Notes: generated by a model not told the origin, from the letters alone. A stretch of 64,000 nt of DNA from the human T2T-CHM13v2.0 reference genome, Homo sapiens (GCF_009914755.1 NC_060925.1); one strand, 5' to 3'; positions 1 through 17,197 are shown, counted from the first letter of the stretch. A program made the numbers and translations.

Positions 1-183
1 CTAGGCCCTCTTGGCCCTTCCACCTTTCCACTGTGCTAGAAAACAGCCTTCCAGAGGACACAGCAACAAGGCACCATCTTGGAAGCAGAGACCAGACCCC
101 CACAAGACATCGAACATTTCTGTTCTTTATAAATTCCCTAAGTCTCAGATATGTTGTCATAGAAGCACTAATTCACTAATACA
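1..183 (+). mobile_element. MaLR LTR 3' end (MST/MLT1A-like)
   Basis: gccatcttggaagcagag and atttctgttctttataaatt...ctaataca terminus typical of MaLR LTRs. Confidence 0.7.
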
Positions 184-2084
184 GTAGGTGAGCTACTTAA
201 AAGAGCATTAAAAAAAGTCAAAAAGAGAAAATAGCTAGTCTTAAAATGCTATGGAGCTTAAGTCATTATTTCTCACTCTTTTTAGATGCCGCAGAAGATC
301 TAACTCTTAACCTGGACCTATTCAAAGATAGATGTTGAGAAATACAGATCAATGGCTCAAAAGCTTCTGAAAGTGATCAAGTAGAATATTTTTATTTTTA
401 AATGTAAAATATCACCCCCGACTTGTTGCGAAAAAGTGGGGTGGAGGAAGTAACACCATTATTCATTCCCTCTATGGTGAAATATTCCTTATACTTAAGA
501 TGTAGTAGTCCACTCCATCTCCAATGATACATCTGTTTGTAGGAGACGATGGGGAGGTGAAGTGAGGGGCAGCTAGAATGCACATCCTCCGACTTTCTTT
601 CTTGTAAACATTCACGGTGTTTACATGGGATCAGAGAAATGGTCAAGAAACCAAAGGGGTTGATTTGGCTGACCCCTAACAGTGTCTTAAGCATCAATAC
701 AGTCAACATGTGTCCCAGTTTCTTTCAAATTGATACCAGTTGATCGAATGACACTGACATTTTGGAAGCAACAGTCAAGGAAGAGGATGCTGTGAAGGGT
801 GAGTTGGAGAGCGGCAGACAGAAAGACTGGAGTTTCAGGAAAAGCAGAACCTGGGGAAGCTTGATTTCTCTGTCTCACTCCCTGGAATCGGCTGGATTTA
901 CGATGGTGAATTAGGTTTGCAAGCCCCAGCCATAGGTGCCCAACACCCTGTTCCATTTGCTCTGCCTCGCAGTATTCTTCCCTGCCACCCCTACCCCTGA
1001 AGCCCTCTTTTTGGCCCCCAGAATCCTGCTAGAAACTCTCCTCTAGAAAACCATCCTGACCAATCTACCTACTGGCTGTATCTCCAGCAAACTTTTAGAT
1101 ACATTTCCTTAGAGTGGGTCCAGTGCATTCTTGAATGTAAGCATCCTACCCTCCCCTGTTTCGAGTCTATCAAAAGCTGCTCTTTTATTTCCCTTATGGA
1201 CTCTGTCCTCATCACTTTCCCTGTTCTTCCAGCTTCTCCCCTTAGCCCATGGGGTGCTAACTGTTTAGGTTCCAGGAAAAGGCTGCCGATCTGCACTCCC
1301 TAACTGCCCCTGTATGTTAGGGCTGAGTTGATCTCAGATGCTGCTTTCTTGCAGGTTGAGAGAGCTTGAAAATAGAGGTCTGGGAAAGGTCCGGAGAAGA
1401 GTCCTAAAAAACTCACAAGGGCAGGCGTGCATGGTTGCTATGGTTACCTGGCAGCTTGGTTGTCTAGCCACCTCCTCCCAACAAGGCAACACTTCTCTGT
1501 GAAGCACAGAGAAGATGCTTAAACCCAATTCACCCCAAGAGCCGGGGGAGCAGTGACTTAGTCACATCGTCTGCTTGTCACAATGTCAACAGCAAAGTTA
1601 GGGGTCACCGGGGCTGTGAGGGGAGCACACATGGAAAGCTACTTTGTGAATATTTAAGATTAGAATGTGATTAAGCAGTCAAGCCAATGTGCCCTGCACT
1701 CTCTGAATTTTGTTCAGTTTTGCTTGAACTAACGCCACATCCATCAGTGTGGTTCTTGCCATGCCTGGCAGCCAAGCACATGGGCACACACAGGGCTTGG
1801 CAGCGGGGAAATGGGCTGAGACCCAGTCAGGACAGTCTCGTCTTTCTACCTGAGCCTCAAACTATGCTTTTCCAGGCTCCAGATGGTGATCATGATTGTT
1901 AAAAAGCAACCATTATCCCTGTTAATGAGGATAATAAAACTAAACAATTCATAAGTACCGATAACATATGGAACATCCTACAAAACACAGATTTACCCAG
2001 CATTATTGGGAAATGAAGTTTTCCACATCAGTGAATTTTCTGGAAAATTAGGGCTTACCCCTTTTTTTTAATCTTCAGATTAAA

Positions 2085-2343
2085 CTATTTTATTTCAATA
2101 GTTTTTTGGGAAACAGGTAGTATTTGGCCACATGAATAAGTTCTTTAGTGGTGATTTCTAAGATTTTTGGTGCACCCATCACCCAAGCAGTGTACCCTGT
2201 ACCCAAAGAGTAGTCTTTTATCTCTTGCCACTGCCCACCATTTCCCCCGAGTCCCCAAAGTCCAATGTATCATTCTTATGCCTTTGTGTCCTCATAGCTT
2301 AACTCCCACATATGAGTAAGCACATATGATGTTTGCTTTTCCA
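2085..2343 (-). mobile_element. L1 3' end fragment (L1PB-like)
   Basis: Reverse complement of L1PB 3' UTR (ggtgcacccatcacccaagcagtgtac...gagtccccaaagtcc). Confidence 0.75.
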
Positions 2344-2684
2344 GGGCGTACTTCTTTAGCGCTGATTTTCTTTTTCTGAAGATATTAACCAGTTGGGATG
2401 GAAATACGTGTCAAACATGTAATACATTCTCCCATCTTGCTAAATGGTGTAACAAATACTACATACACCATTTTTCCTGGATCTCTCCTTATGAACATGG
2501 AATGAACCACAGGGCTGAGGAGAGGTCTCCATCCATACCATCTTTGGGTCTTGATTGGGACAGTTAGCCCACTTCGCCTTGACCTAGTCAGCTGTATTCA
2601 GGTCTCTCTGCATTTGACAGTAAGCTCCTTAAGAAGGAACCAGGCCTTCCCTATCCTTCACCTTCATCCCTTACAGCCTTGCCA

Positions 2685-3010
2685 CTCAAAAGGTGGCCCT
2701 CAGAATAGCAAATCAGCACCACCTAGAAGCTTATCAGAAAAGCAGACTTTCTGGCTCCATCCCAGACCTACTTAATGAATTAGATTCTGAATTTTAACCA
2801 GATCCACTGGTGATTCATATGCGCATTGAAAGTCGGGAAATATTACCCTCCAGTTGTGCATGCCAGCTTGTCCCTGACCAGTTATATCAGCATCACCTGG
2901 AGTTTCTTATTAGACACAGAACTTGGGGCCCAGTACAGAATCAGAATCTCTGAGAAGTGGAGCTCAGAAATCTGTTTTTATCGAACTCTACAGGTAATTT
3001 TGATAGAGTA
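2685..3010. mobile_element. MER5-type hAT-Charlie fragments (two adjacent)
   Basis: atcagcatcacctgg, cccagaccta, tcagaatctct motifs. Confidence 0.6.
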
Positions 3011-3224
3011 TCCAGCCCTAGGCCTTGCTCAGGGGAGGTACTCAATAAGTCTTTATTAAATTTAATGGAATTCTTATATTTGTGTTTTATGTTTATCCTA
3101 TCTCCTGGGTGAGCAAGGTGAAAGGTGTTCATACTTTTGTCTACGTAGGTACAATTGCCATTTCTGATTTTCTAGCATAGTGACTAAGATCTCTAGCTTC
3201 ACTAGTGAAAGAAGCCAAATACAC

Positions 3225-3496
3225 TATGTAGATATTTTATGATTGTATTTACATGAAACGTCCTGAATAGACAAATCCATGGAGACATAAAGTAAATTAG
3301 TGGTTGCCAAAGACTGGAGAGAGGGAGGAATGGGGGAGTGACTGCTGGTGGGTATGAGGTTTATTTTTGGGGTGATTAAAATGAAATGTGAAATTAGATG
3401 GTGGTGATGGGTACACAACCTTGTGAATATACTAAAAACCACTGAATGTACCCTTCAAAAGATAAAGTTATGTGAATTATATCTCAATTTTTAAAA
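3225..3496 (+). mobile_element. L1MB-like 3' end
   Basis: aaatccatggagaca...tagtggttgcc...aaccttgtgaatatactaaaaaccactgaa...gtgaattatatctcaat. Confidence 0.75.
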
Positions 3497-3655
3497 GGTC
3501 TCAGGTTTTAGAATCAGGCCACCTGTGTTCAAATCCTGGTCTTGCCACATAGAGGCTATGTAATCTCGGACATGTTAATTGTCTTTGAGGCCCAGTTACA
3601 TTGTATGTAAAGAGAATAACAAAGTGCCTATGCCAGAGGTTTGTTATGAGATTTA

Positions 3656-3992
<337 letters not shown>

Positions 3993-3998
3993 TGACAG

Positions 3999-4534
3999 GT
4001 GTTAGAGCTCAAGACACACCACCCCAAAATATGACTGCAGGAGACCAAAATACACCACCCCAAAAATAGACCTTTTTGGCATATCATTTTGAGCAGGTTA
4101 TTTTGAGAAATTGCAGACACAGGGTAGCTCTGAAAAGTTGCCCTTTTGTAAAGGAAATTTACATTTATAAAGGAAATTTTTATTAGTAAAGATGTCTGTA
4201 CCAGAAAGAGAGCTGCTCCAAGATAACATTTATCACCTGAGAAACTTTTATCTTCATAACAAGACAATCTTTGTTCACCATGCATTTCCTCCCCTCATTC
4301 TTTCCTAACTAGTATGCATACCCCACAGAAGCCCCTAACTCTTATTCTTTAGTGTAGCTCAGCATGCTGTTATAAGCCTCAATCATCTCACCATTTCTTT
4401 AAGTCACATTTTTGTGGGACTCCCATGCATACACTATTAAAATGGCTTTTCTCCTGTTAATCTGTTTTATGTCAATTTAGTTTGTAGGCCAGCAAAAACC
4501 TAGAAGAGTAGATGAAAGCAATTCTCTTCCTACA
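3999..4534 (+). mobile_element. ERV1 solo LTR (MER34-like)
   Basis: TG...CA ends; caccccaaaatatg and ttattttgagaaattgcagacacagg motifs. Confidence 0.65.
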
Positions 4535-4569
4535 CTGGTACAACACAAGTGCTAATACATTTTTCCTGC

Positions 4570-5607
<1,038 letters not shown>

Positions 5608-6589
5608 CTGCTCATTTTGAATCCAACAATTCTTAAACTTTAAAATGCATAAGAATCACCTGGTGAGCTTCAAAAAATGAATGCCCTTGGATTTTCAGAT
5701 TTGTAAGTCTAGAGAGTGGCTTCAGAATCAACATTTTTAATATGCTCACCATTCTGATTACAGATGGTCTGGAGATGACACCATGAGAAATAGTATTCTA
5801 AACTCTTGTCAACTGGAAAAATAAACAATGTTTTTAAATTATTCATTTGTTTCCCATTTAGAATTTATAAACTGGAAAGAACATTGCTTCTACCCTTACA
5901 CCCCCCAAAATTTTGGATAATCTACAAATTTGTTTTTCTTGAACCTATCAGAGAGCTGAGGTTGAAAGGGAAACCAGCAAACCCAAAATCTAAGGAAACA
6001 TGGACATCTCCAAAGGGAGACAAACACAAGCACTTGATTACCAAGGGCAGAGGCCACTGCTCCCAGATAAGGATAATTCAATGAAAATTTTTAGCAAATT
6101 GCTAAGGGCTGAGTTTAGGCTAGCAAGAGACTATTAAAGCCCTGGGGACCCAGACAAAGGAGAATTTACCCCTTCTTGCAGGCTTTTCCCCACAGACCTT
6201 ACTGAGTACACACATAAAAGATGGGGAGCAGGACAAGAGACTTCAGATAGCATCCCATGTGCTGCAAGCCTGGGAGAAAGTAACAGCTGCCCCCACGGGA
6301 AATGCATAAAGCCACATTTGGATCTTTGTCCCTGATATCTCCCCCACAGAACAAAAGCCTTAAAATGTTGGTGGAAGGCAACAATCCCTGTCACTCTTAG
6401 AGCACTGATAAAGAAACCATTGCACCTGGGAGAAGGAGAGAGGTGGGGGGCAAACTCTACAGCTATAGGAAGAAGCAAGTATATGTTTTGGGCCCAGACC
6501 TAGAGCTAACGGTAAAAGAGGACCACTGAGAAAGCCCCACCCCCAAGACTCAGAGACACAATGCCTGCCTATACCTGAGACTTCTTTCT

Positions 6590-8843
6590 AAAATAATTTC
6601 AAATTTGATTTTAGATTCAGGGGGTACATATGTAGGTTTGCTATACATGAGTATATTGCTTGATGCTGAGGTTTGGAGTATGAATATTTCTGTCACCCAG
6701 GTAGTGAGCGTAGCACCCAACAGGTAGTTTTTCACCCCTTATTCCCTCCCTCCTCTCCCCTTTTAGTAGTCCCCAGTATCTATTCTTGACATCTTTTTTT
6801 TTTGTTTGTTTTTTTGAAACGGAGTCTCCCTCTGTTGCCCAGGCTGGAGTGCAGTGGTGCGATCTCGGCTCACTGCAAGCTCCGCCTTCCGGGTTCACGT
6901 GTGTTTTTAGTAGAGAGGAGGTTTCACCATATTGGCCAGGCTGTTCTTAAACTCCTGACCTCGCAATCCGCCTGCCTCAGCCTCCCAAATTGCTGGGATT
7001 ACAGGCGTGAGCCACCGCGCCCGGCCTTGTTGCCATCTTTATGTCTATGAATATCTAATGTAAAGCTGCTACTTATAAGTGAGAACATGCAATATTTGGT
7101 TTTTTGGTCCTGTTGTTAATTTGCTTAGGAGCATAGCCTCCATCTGCATCCATGTTGTTGCAAAGAATATGATTTTATTCATTTTTATGATTGCATAGTA
7201 TTCCATGGTGTATATGTACCACGTTTTCTTTATCCAATCCGCCGTTGATGGGCACCTAGGTTGATTCCACATTTTTGCTATGGTGAATAGTGCTGCACTA
7301 AACATACAAGTGCATGTGTCTTTTTTGTAGAATGATTTATTTTCCTTTAGGTATGTACCCACTAATAGGATTGGTGAGTCAAATGGTAGTTCTGTTTTAA
7401 GTTCTTTGAGAAATCTTCAAACTACTTTCCACAGTGGCTGAACTAATTTACATTATCACTAACAGTATATAAGCGTTCCCTTTTCTCCACAGCCTTGCCA
7501 GTATCTGTTTTTTTTTTAACTTTTTAATAATTTCTATTCTGACTGATGTGAGATGATATTTCATTGTGGCTTTGGCGTTTTCATTTCTCTGATGATTGGT
7601 GATATGAAACATTTTTCACATGTTTGTTGGCTGCTTGTATGTCTTCTGAGAAGTGTCTGTTCATGTCCTTTGCCCACTTTTTAATAGGGTTATATGTTTT
7701 TTGCTTGTTGAATTGTTTAAGTTCCTTATAGATTTTTGGATATTAGACCCTTGTCGGATACATTGTTGCAAATATTTTCTCCCACTATGTCGGCTATCTG
7801 TTTACCCTCTTCATAGTTTCTTTTGCTATGCAAAAGCTGTTTAGTTTAATTACGTCCCATTTGTCTTTTTTTTTTTTTTTGCAATTGCTTTTGAGGAGTT
7901 ACTCATAAATTCCTTCTCAAATCTAATGTCCAGAAGGGTATTTCCTAGGTTTTCCTCTAGGATTTTTATAGTTTGAAGTCTTAGATTTAAATCTTTAATC
8001 CATCTTGAATTAATTTTTGTATGTGATGAAATGTAGGGGTCCAATTTCATTCTTCTGCATATGGCTAGTTGGTTACACCAGCACCATTTATTGAATAGGC
8101 AGTCCTTTTCCCATTGGCTATTCTTGCCAACCTTGTCAAAGATCAGATGGTTGTGTCTGGCTTTGTTTCTGAGTTCTCTCTTCTATTCCATTGGTCTATG
8201 TGTCTGTTTTTACCAGTGCCATGCTGTATTGGTTACTATAGCCTGATAATACAGTTTGAAGTCAGTTAATGTGATGTCTCTGGCTTTGTTCTTTTTGCTT
8301 TGAATTGCTTTGGCTATTCAGGCTCTTTTGTGATTCCATATGAATTTAAAATAGTTTTTTTCTAATTCTGTGAAAAATGATAATTAGTAATTTGATAAGA
8401 ACAGCACTGAATATAGATTGTTTTGGGCAGTATGGCCATTTTAACAATATTAATTCTTCCAAATGTTTTTGGAATGAAAAACGTTTCATTCCAAAATGAA
8501 ATGTTTTTCCGTTTGTTTGTATTATCTCTGATTTTTTTCAGCAGTTTTATTGTGTGTGTGTGTGTGTGTGTGTGTGTGGCTATTGTAAATGGGATTACAT
8601 CCTTGATTTGGCTCTCAGTTTGAACGTTATTGGTGTATAAAAATGCTACTAATTTTTTTTACATTGATTTTGTATCTTAAAACTTTACTGAAGTTGCTTA
8701 TCAGGTCTAGGGGCCTTTTGGTAAAGTCTTGAAGTTTTCTAAGTATAGAATCATATTGTCACAAAGAGAGATAATTTGACTTATTTTCCTGTTTGGAGGC
8801 CTTTTATTTCTTTCTCTTGACTGATTGCTCTGGTTAGGACTTC
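6590..8843 (-). mobile_element. 5'-truncated old L1PA/L1PB (ORF2 C-terminus + 3' UTR), disrupted
   Basis: ORFs 7069-7362 (KDTCTCMFSAALFTIAKMWNQPRCPS) and 7850-8050 ([21 protein letters not shown]) are L1 ORF2p fragments. Confidence 0.92.
6794..7026 (-). mobile_element. Alu with ~70-bp internal deletion, nested in L1
   Basis: Jumps from gggttcacg to gtgtttttagtag; degenerate TSD ttcttgacatcttt/ttgttgccatcttt. Confidence 0.88.
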
Positions 8844-9239
8844 CTACAACTGAGGCTTATTTAGAACAACAGAGAATGCTTCCCCCATACCCTACCACTA
8901 GGCTAACAAGAATCTAGTAACAAATAGTAGTAGTCTACTACTGAGAGAGATGCAAAAGCAGGGAGAGAGACCCTCACTGGGCACAATGCAAAGGGAAGAC
9001 CTAAAGCTGAGTATAGAGCAGATATTGGAAAAAACCTTCTGGCAAACCAGCCCCCACCCTAAACACAAGATATGGAGGAATATGAAAACTGTGTTACGCT
9101 GAGGGTAACCATATCAACAAAAAAATCCCAAACTGGTTCAACTCTTAGGAGGATTGACTCATCTCCTACGTTAAATGCCAAGAATAAGGAAAAGCAAGCC
9201 CAGTTCCAGGTCTAACAGCTATAGTCATCTATCTCTTAA

Positions 9240-9568
9240 CAGAGGGGATACATTCTGGGAAGTGTGTTGTTACGCAATTTCGTTGTTGTCCAAACATCAC
9301 AGAGTGTACTTACAGAAACATGGATGTAGCCTACTACACACCTAGGCTATGCCATATGGTATAGCCTATGGCTCCTAGGCTACAAATCTGTATAGCCTGT
9401 TACTGTACTGAAGACTGTAAGCAATTGTAATACAAAGGTAAGTAGTTGTATATCTAAACATATTTAAGCACAAAGCAAAGTAAAAATACAATATTATAAA
9501 TTCATGGAACCACTGTTGTATATGTGGTTTGTCATTGACCAAAACATCATATGTGTCACACGACTGTA
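9240..9568. mobile_element. Tigger3-type (MER7) DNA transposon
   Basis: gcctactacacacctaggcta, ctcctaggctacaaa and cgactgta terminus. Confidence 0.75.
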
Positions 9569-9599
9569 TTTAACTCAGCCTCTACTAAACTACACAAGA

Positions 9600-10900
<1,301 letters not shown>

Positions 10901-11966
10901 AACTTTGCCTAACATTAGGGTATAATTATTTAGCTGAGAACTAAAGAAGGAGATCTTAGTCAGAAAAAGAAAGGGTAAGCAATGTTTCAGAGAAGAGGGT
11001 CCAAGAGACAAAAGAAATGGCATGATTAGTAGCCTACAGGTAAGGAGAGATCCTCACACTTTAGGCAAATTAAAAAGACTTATAACTAAGTGAAAAGAGT
11101 GAATGCAAAGGTGCAATAGATAAAATTGACAGAGGATTCATTTTGGAAGACTGTGTAACCACATTAAGCATTTGTTATTATGGTAAACAGTGAAGGTTTT
11201 TAAGCAGTAGAGTGACATAATCAGATTCAAATTCTTAAATCCTAATTCATAATGATCACTCTGCCTGCTAAGTAGGGAGTAGATTGTGTGCAATGTCTTA
11301 GAAGCCAAAACAAATTTTTGGATAGAGTCTTAAGCTATGGACTCTTCTCTTCCATATTCCTTTACCTATTATATATCTCCTAGTCTCCCTGGAAAACTTA
11401 CCTGTGCTATGGTCCATTCCTTTGGATCTTGCTAAATGTTTATAAATATCCTTCACACAGCTGAACTGTGTTTTCCAGACTCCCTTGCTGTTAGATGTGG
11501 CCACGTGCCTGAGTTCTAGGCAATATGAATAAGAAATAAACTTTTATTACTCTATATCACTAAGATTTAGGAGTACATAGTTACAGCAGCTCACCTACTC
11601 TTACAAATAGACCTAGTAACTACCTAATTAACAAGTAAAGTAAATTTCACATGGCTAGTGAATTCCTTGGATTAATATATTATTACGTGAAAATGTTATA
11701 TCTTATAGGGGCACTAAGAAATTCATAAATAGATTAAGAAAACCTAAGTAAAAGTTTGTGTATTCTCCAACTCACACAAAATCAAGGGCCACACACTTTA
11801 TTTTACCAGTCTACCTTTAGGAAGTTTCTGACAAAATCCTTGGGATTTATCATCTTAATTAAGCATGGTATGGTACAATGGAAATTTCCTTACATTTGCA
11901 ATAGGGAGACTAGCATTATTCTTTCTGAAATGTTACTGACCAGCCATGTGGCCTTAGAAGAAAATC

Positions 11967-12247
11967 TTTTTTATTTTTTTAGACATGAAATCTCACTCTG
12001 TCACTCAGGCTGGAGCACAGTGGTGTGATCATAGCTCACTGCAGCCTTGAACTCCTGGACTCAAGTGATACTCCCACCTCAGCCTCCCAAGTAGCTGAGA
12101 CTACAGCCATGCATCACCATGCCCAGCTAATTTGCTTTTATTTTTTTAGAGATGGAGGTCTCACTATGTTGTCCTGGGCTAAGGCAGTTCCCTCCACCTC
12201 AGCCACCCAAATAGCTGGGATCACAGGTGCAAGCCACCACACCCAGC
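11967..12247 (-). mobile_element. AluJ
   Basis: atcatagctcactgcagccttgaactcctgg pattern. Confidence 0.88.
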
Positions 12248-12354
12248 AATTTCTTATTACTTTGGTTTCCTTTTTTTTTTAATCTGCGAAAGAGGGAATA
12301 ATATTAATACCAATTTTCATGGGTAAAGGATTATACCATGAAGATTAAACAAGG

Positions 12355-12820
12355 CAATATCTGTATGGTAAATTGCTATAATTGTACTAATTATTTTCTC
12401 TTCCCTGTATCTACACCCTTTGCCAGGTGAAATTTCTCTATCAAAAGGAATGGAGTACATTTCCCCACACCTTGGCACGGAATTCATGTGACTTGCTTTG
12501 GCCATTATATGAGACCTTGCAATGTTTGCTTGCTTTCTTGTGCCTCTTCTATCTTTTCTTTCATTACCATGAGAACATGCCTAGGTTAGCTTCATGAAAG
12601 ATAAAAGGCACATGGATCAGAGCTGAGTCCCCCAGGTCATCTGATAGCTCAGATCAATTGACAGCCCCAAACCCCCAAGTATGTGAATAAGCCTAGCCAA
12701 AATCAGCAGAGTCATGTAGCAAACCTCTAGACTTACGAGCAATAAACCCATATTGTTGTATGCCCCTGTGATTTCATAGTTGTTTGTTACACAGCATTAT
12801 TTTGACAACAGATAACCAAT
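12355..12820 (+). mobile_element. MLT1-type MaLR LTR
   Basis: catgtgacttgctttggcca and gttgtttgttacacagcattatt...gataac motifs. Confidence 0.65.
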
Positions 12821-14720
12821 AGTCTGGGAGATTAGGCTCCCACAAACTGTAAAGTATTACACAAATGTAAACTATTAAAGCTTAAGGATGGCAGAAAAAT
12901 ATATATGTATCCAAGGGCTCCCTTGGTCTATGAGATATTAGAGCCTATACAAAATCTCATTAAATCCTGTTTCAGAGAGTCATGGGATCCCAGTTCGTGT
13001 TGGACAGGACATTAGAGAAGATCCAGTCTTATCATTCTACTTGTGTATGAAAACTATTCTCTTCTCAGTAACATAGATTCTCTTTTGTCTGTACCAACAG
13101 ACTTGTTCCTTCTAGCACTTCTATGCTCTAACAGTTACAAAAGACATCATCTTTAAATCCTGCCGTCTCTCTAGCAATCCCTGTGCACACAACCCAGGAA
13201 GCTGGGTCTGGTTCCATCCCGCTCATTTGGCCACTTCTCTGTGTTGACATCTGTCAGTTATGCTCTGATCATGCTGCAATTTGCAATTTTTCCAGATGCT
13301 TTCAACATGCGGCCACTTTGACAAGCTAAAAGCTGCTAATGCTGCATCATTTATCACATTTTCCCATGTATTACATTAATCTTAAAGACCCAGCTTAATG
13401 CACACAAGGACATCCTCCCTGAATACAGAAGGGCTAGTCTACAAGTTTCATAAAATAAGCATCCTCCCAGATCTCCAAAGGAATAAAAAGCCACAAGAAT
13501 AAATTGGAAGAGAAACCAGGCAAGCTGTTTTGTATTTTCCAAAGGAATGAGGAAATTATTTAGCCTGATTTCTCTTTCAGGCATCTCACACATTGTTATT
13601 GCTGAACAAATACTTATTATTCTCTGAACAATGAGGTAATTCGAGATGGACCTTTTCTTCCCTAAAAGGAATACGGAGTCTTTCCAGGTCCCATTTCTGC
13701 ATCCTGGATGGTATCTTCACCTTAGCTGCTGAAGGATCCTTTTTTCTCTAACCTAGAATAAGGCAGGAGGCAGAGTGCCTGTCTAGAAAAGTGACAAATC
13801 AGACATGACATACATATAGACCCATTACTTCTGTCATATTTCTCCTCTTAACTTTTCTCAGCAATTAAGGTTTCCATGAGCCTCCCACTCCTTTTCAAAT
13901 CCTGCTCGTGAGGCAGTTGTAATTAAATCTCCTTAATTTCCCAGTGCTGCTTCTTCATAAAATAACTTTATCTTAGAAAAGTTTCCCTTCTAAATTTCCC
14001 AAACACTCTTTCCTAACTAGGGCTGTGACGGAAAAAAATCTTTTCCTTCCTTTCTTCTAAGTCTAAATTCAAGTCAAGCACTACCTCTTGCAGGAAGCCT
14101 TCCCTGACAACCTAACCCAGCCTCATTTCCAGGCCCTTTCTCTGGACTCCCATAGCTTCTTATACACAACTCTATTATAATATTTACCACACTGTCTTGT
14201 AATCATCAGTGCCCTATTGTCTCCCACACTCAGCTTGTGCAAACAGAACAGGCCATGCCTCAATGGACTTTGCATCCATGGAGCCAGTTTTGCCAGTAGA
14301 ATACGAGAGGAGAAACACTGACCAGTTACTTATCCACCCTCACAACAACTATTTTGTTTCCCTTGAGAGTGCTGTCAATGTGCTAAGCTTAATTAGGACA
14401 CAGCCTTTGTTCCTACCTTGTTAGCATCACAAAAAGAATAAGATGTCATGATTTACCTGGTGATGAGCTTCATGGAATCTTCTGAAATCGTCAAATAACG
14501 TATCAAGTAATCTTTGAGCACCTGACATGGGGCCAGATTTGTACTAACCACCACAGTGGGAAGGGAGCAGTAAGAAGGATATAAAACTAGGTTTCAGATC
14601 ATAAGAAATACATTATCTCGTTAGAGATTTAAACATATGTGTGTAAAACACTAACTTTACATCACAGTATATAAGTGTTATTTGAGTCACATAGACAATC
14701 ATAGCTAGTTAAAGAATTCA

Positions 14721-15212
<492 letters not shown>

Positions 15213-16864
15213 TTAGATGTAAAGAATAATGAGTAGACTCGCCCGGCTAGGATGAAGGCCCTGTGATGAGAATCATGGGAAATTAGGTTCCAAAGCCTGG
15301 CCAAATTATCTTCATTTTTTTCCCCCAATAAAAAGAACTGCCCAAGTCACCTACTTCTAAGAGGCCCCATCGTATCCTTGTCCTGAACAGGAAATGTGCA
15401 CTTAAGCAGGGAATGTGCATTATTACCACAACTCAGCCACCACCAATTACTCCTCAAGAGCACCATGTTAACTCCTCGCTAGCCAAGGCAGTTTCTCACA
15501 CAGATGAAGCCGTCTGTGCTTCATTTATTTCCACCAACCAGCTTAAAGTGTACCCCCACTACATGCTAATAATCCATGTACTAAACTCCCTAAATAACTC
15601 AAAAATGAAGAAGATAGAATTCTTAACCTCAAAGAATGTCTTTTCCTCTTATTTTTCTTCTGTCACAGTTCTCTCCTCTTCTACTATTTCTTAGAGACAG
15701 TATTCGTTTAGGAGTTCCATCAAACCTTCTGTAGCCCTACCTTGCTAAACACATCTTAATCATGCTGGCAGATTTAAAAAGAGAAGAAAGACAAGCCAGT
15801 AAATAATTTGGCTTCAAAGGGGAAGTGGTTAAATTCTCAGCGCCTTCTTTATAATGTTAGATCTTCAGCCATTCTCCCCTCAGTGGTTAAGAGTGGCCTC
15901 CAACTGCCAGAAAACATCTTCTGCATCTCCCTCTGATGAGAAACAAGACGTCTCTCTTCTTGTCTAAATGAGGAATTGAACCCATGGCCAGGCCAAGAGA
16001 GTACAGTCCAACTCACCCTTCTGAGCATGACGCGGTCCAGCCTCTGAGCAGGTCCCCAAGACAGCACAGGAAGCCTGGAAAACCTCCCTCTCACTGTGCC
16101 AAGCCATGTGTCTCCTTTCATTTAAATACTTCCTGAAATCCCACCCTCTTGGTGCTCCCTGATGACTTCAGAGAATAATAATGAACTCCTTCCCTTCCTC
16201 AGATCCTGTCTCTCCACGAAAGGCTTTTGGCCACTTTCCCTGATCACACCCCCAACCCCAATCAGGCTTTGCATTCTTCTTTGCTCCACACTCCTAAATA
16301 TATGTGCCCTTGAAGTGTACTCACTATAAATAGTCTGCTTTTAACTCATCTGTGATACTGTAAACCCTTTCTGGCGGTCCAAGAAGTCTTGAGCTTGTTA
16401 GGATCTAGGGAACTAGCCTTGTTTGGGGTTGTTGTTGTCAATGAACTGAGACAGGACTACATCAAACAAGCATTTCTTCGCATAGTATTTCCTCACTTAG
16501 GTCATGTGAATGATAGCAACTGTAAAAACCAATTATTTCTATAGCATTTATAAAATGCTTTCTGATCCATGACTTTATTTTATTTTTCTTCAAAATAACC
16601 CAGTGAAGTATCATTTGCATAATCCTCTCTTAATAAGGAAATGGAAGTTAAAGGAGATTTAAAAACTTGCCTTTGGTCAAGCAATAAATGGGGCCAGGAA
16701 AATTATTTGGGAATAATTCCATGTAGATGCTGCACCTGACACCATAAATAAATCTCAGATGGATTAAATGGTTAAACACAAAAAAATAAAACTATTAAGA
16801 AGAAAGCCAAAGATTTGCCTGATCACTAGATGAAGAAAGGTATTCTACACATAAAAGCAATGGA

Positions 16865-17146
16865 GGCCGGGTGCAATGTCTCACACTGGTAATCCCAGCA
16901 CTACTATGGGAGGCCAAGGAAGGAGGATCACTTGAGCCTAGGAGTTTGAGACCAGCCCAGACAACATAGCAAGACCCTATCTCTACCAGAAAAAAAAATT
17001 TGCCAGGTGTGGTGGCAAATGCCTGTAGTCCCAGCTACTTGAGAGGCTGAGGCAGAAGGATCACTTGAGCCCAGGAGATTGATGCTGAAGGAAGCCATGA
17101 TCACATCACTACACTCCAGCCTGAGTGACAGAGCTAGACCCTGTCC
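16865..17146 (+). mobile_element. AluJ
   Basis: Dimeric Alu with J-type positions; flanking aaaagcaatgga repeated as TSD. Confidence 0.9.
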
Positions 17147-17197
17147 GCCCATATACACACACAAAAAAGCAATGGAAAAAATCCCAAAAGAAAAACA

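Noticed and set aside
494-570. Minus-strand acceptor followed by kringle-like CIIGDGVDYY
   Set aside because: Too short, lacks the kringle RG continuation and has no good donor; likely chance.
7069-8050. L1 ORF2-like ORFs as an active element
   Set aside because: Truncated, frameshifted old L1.
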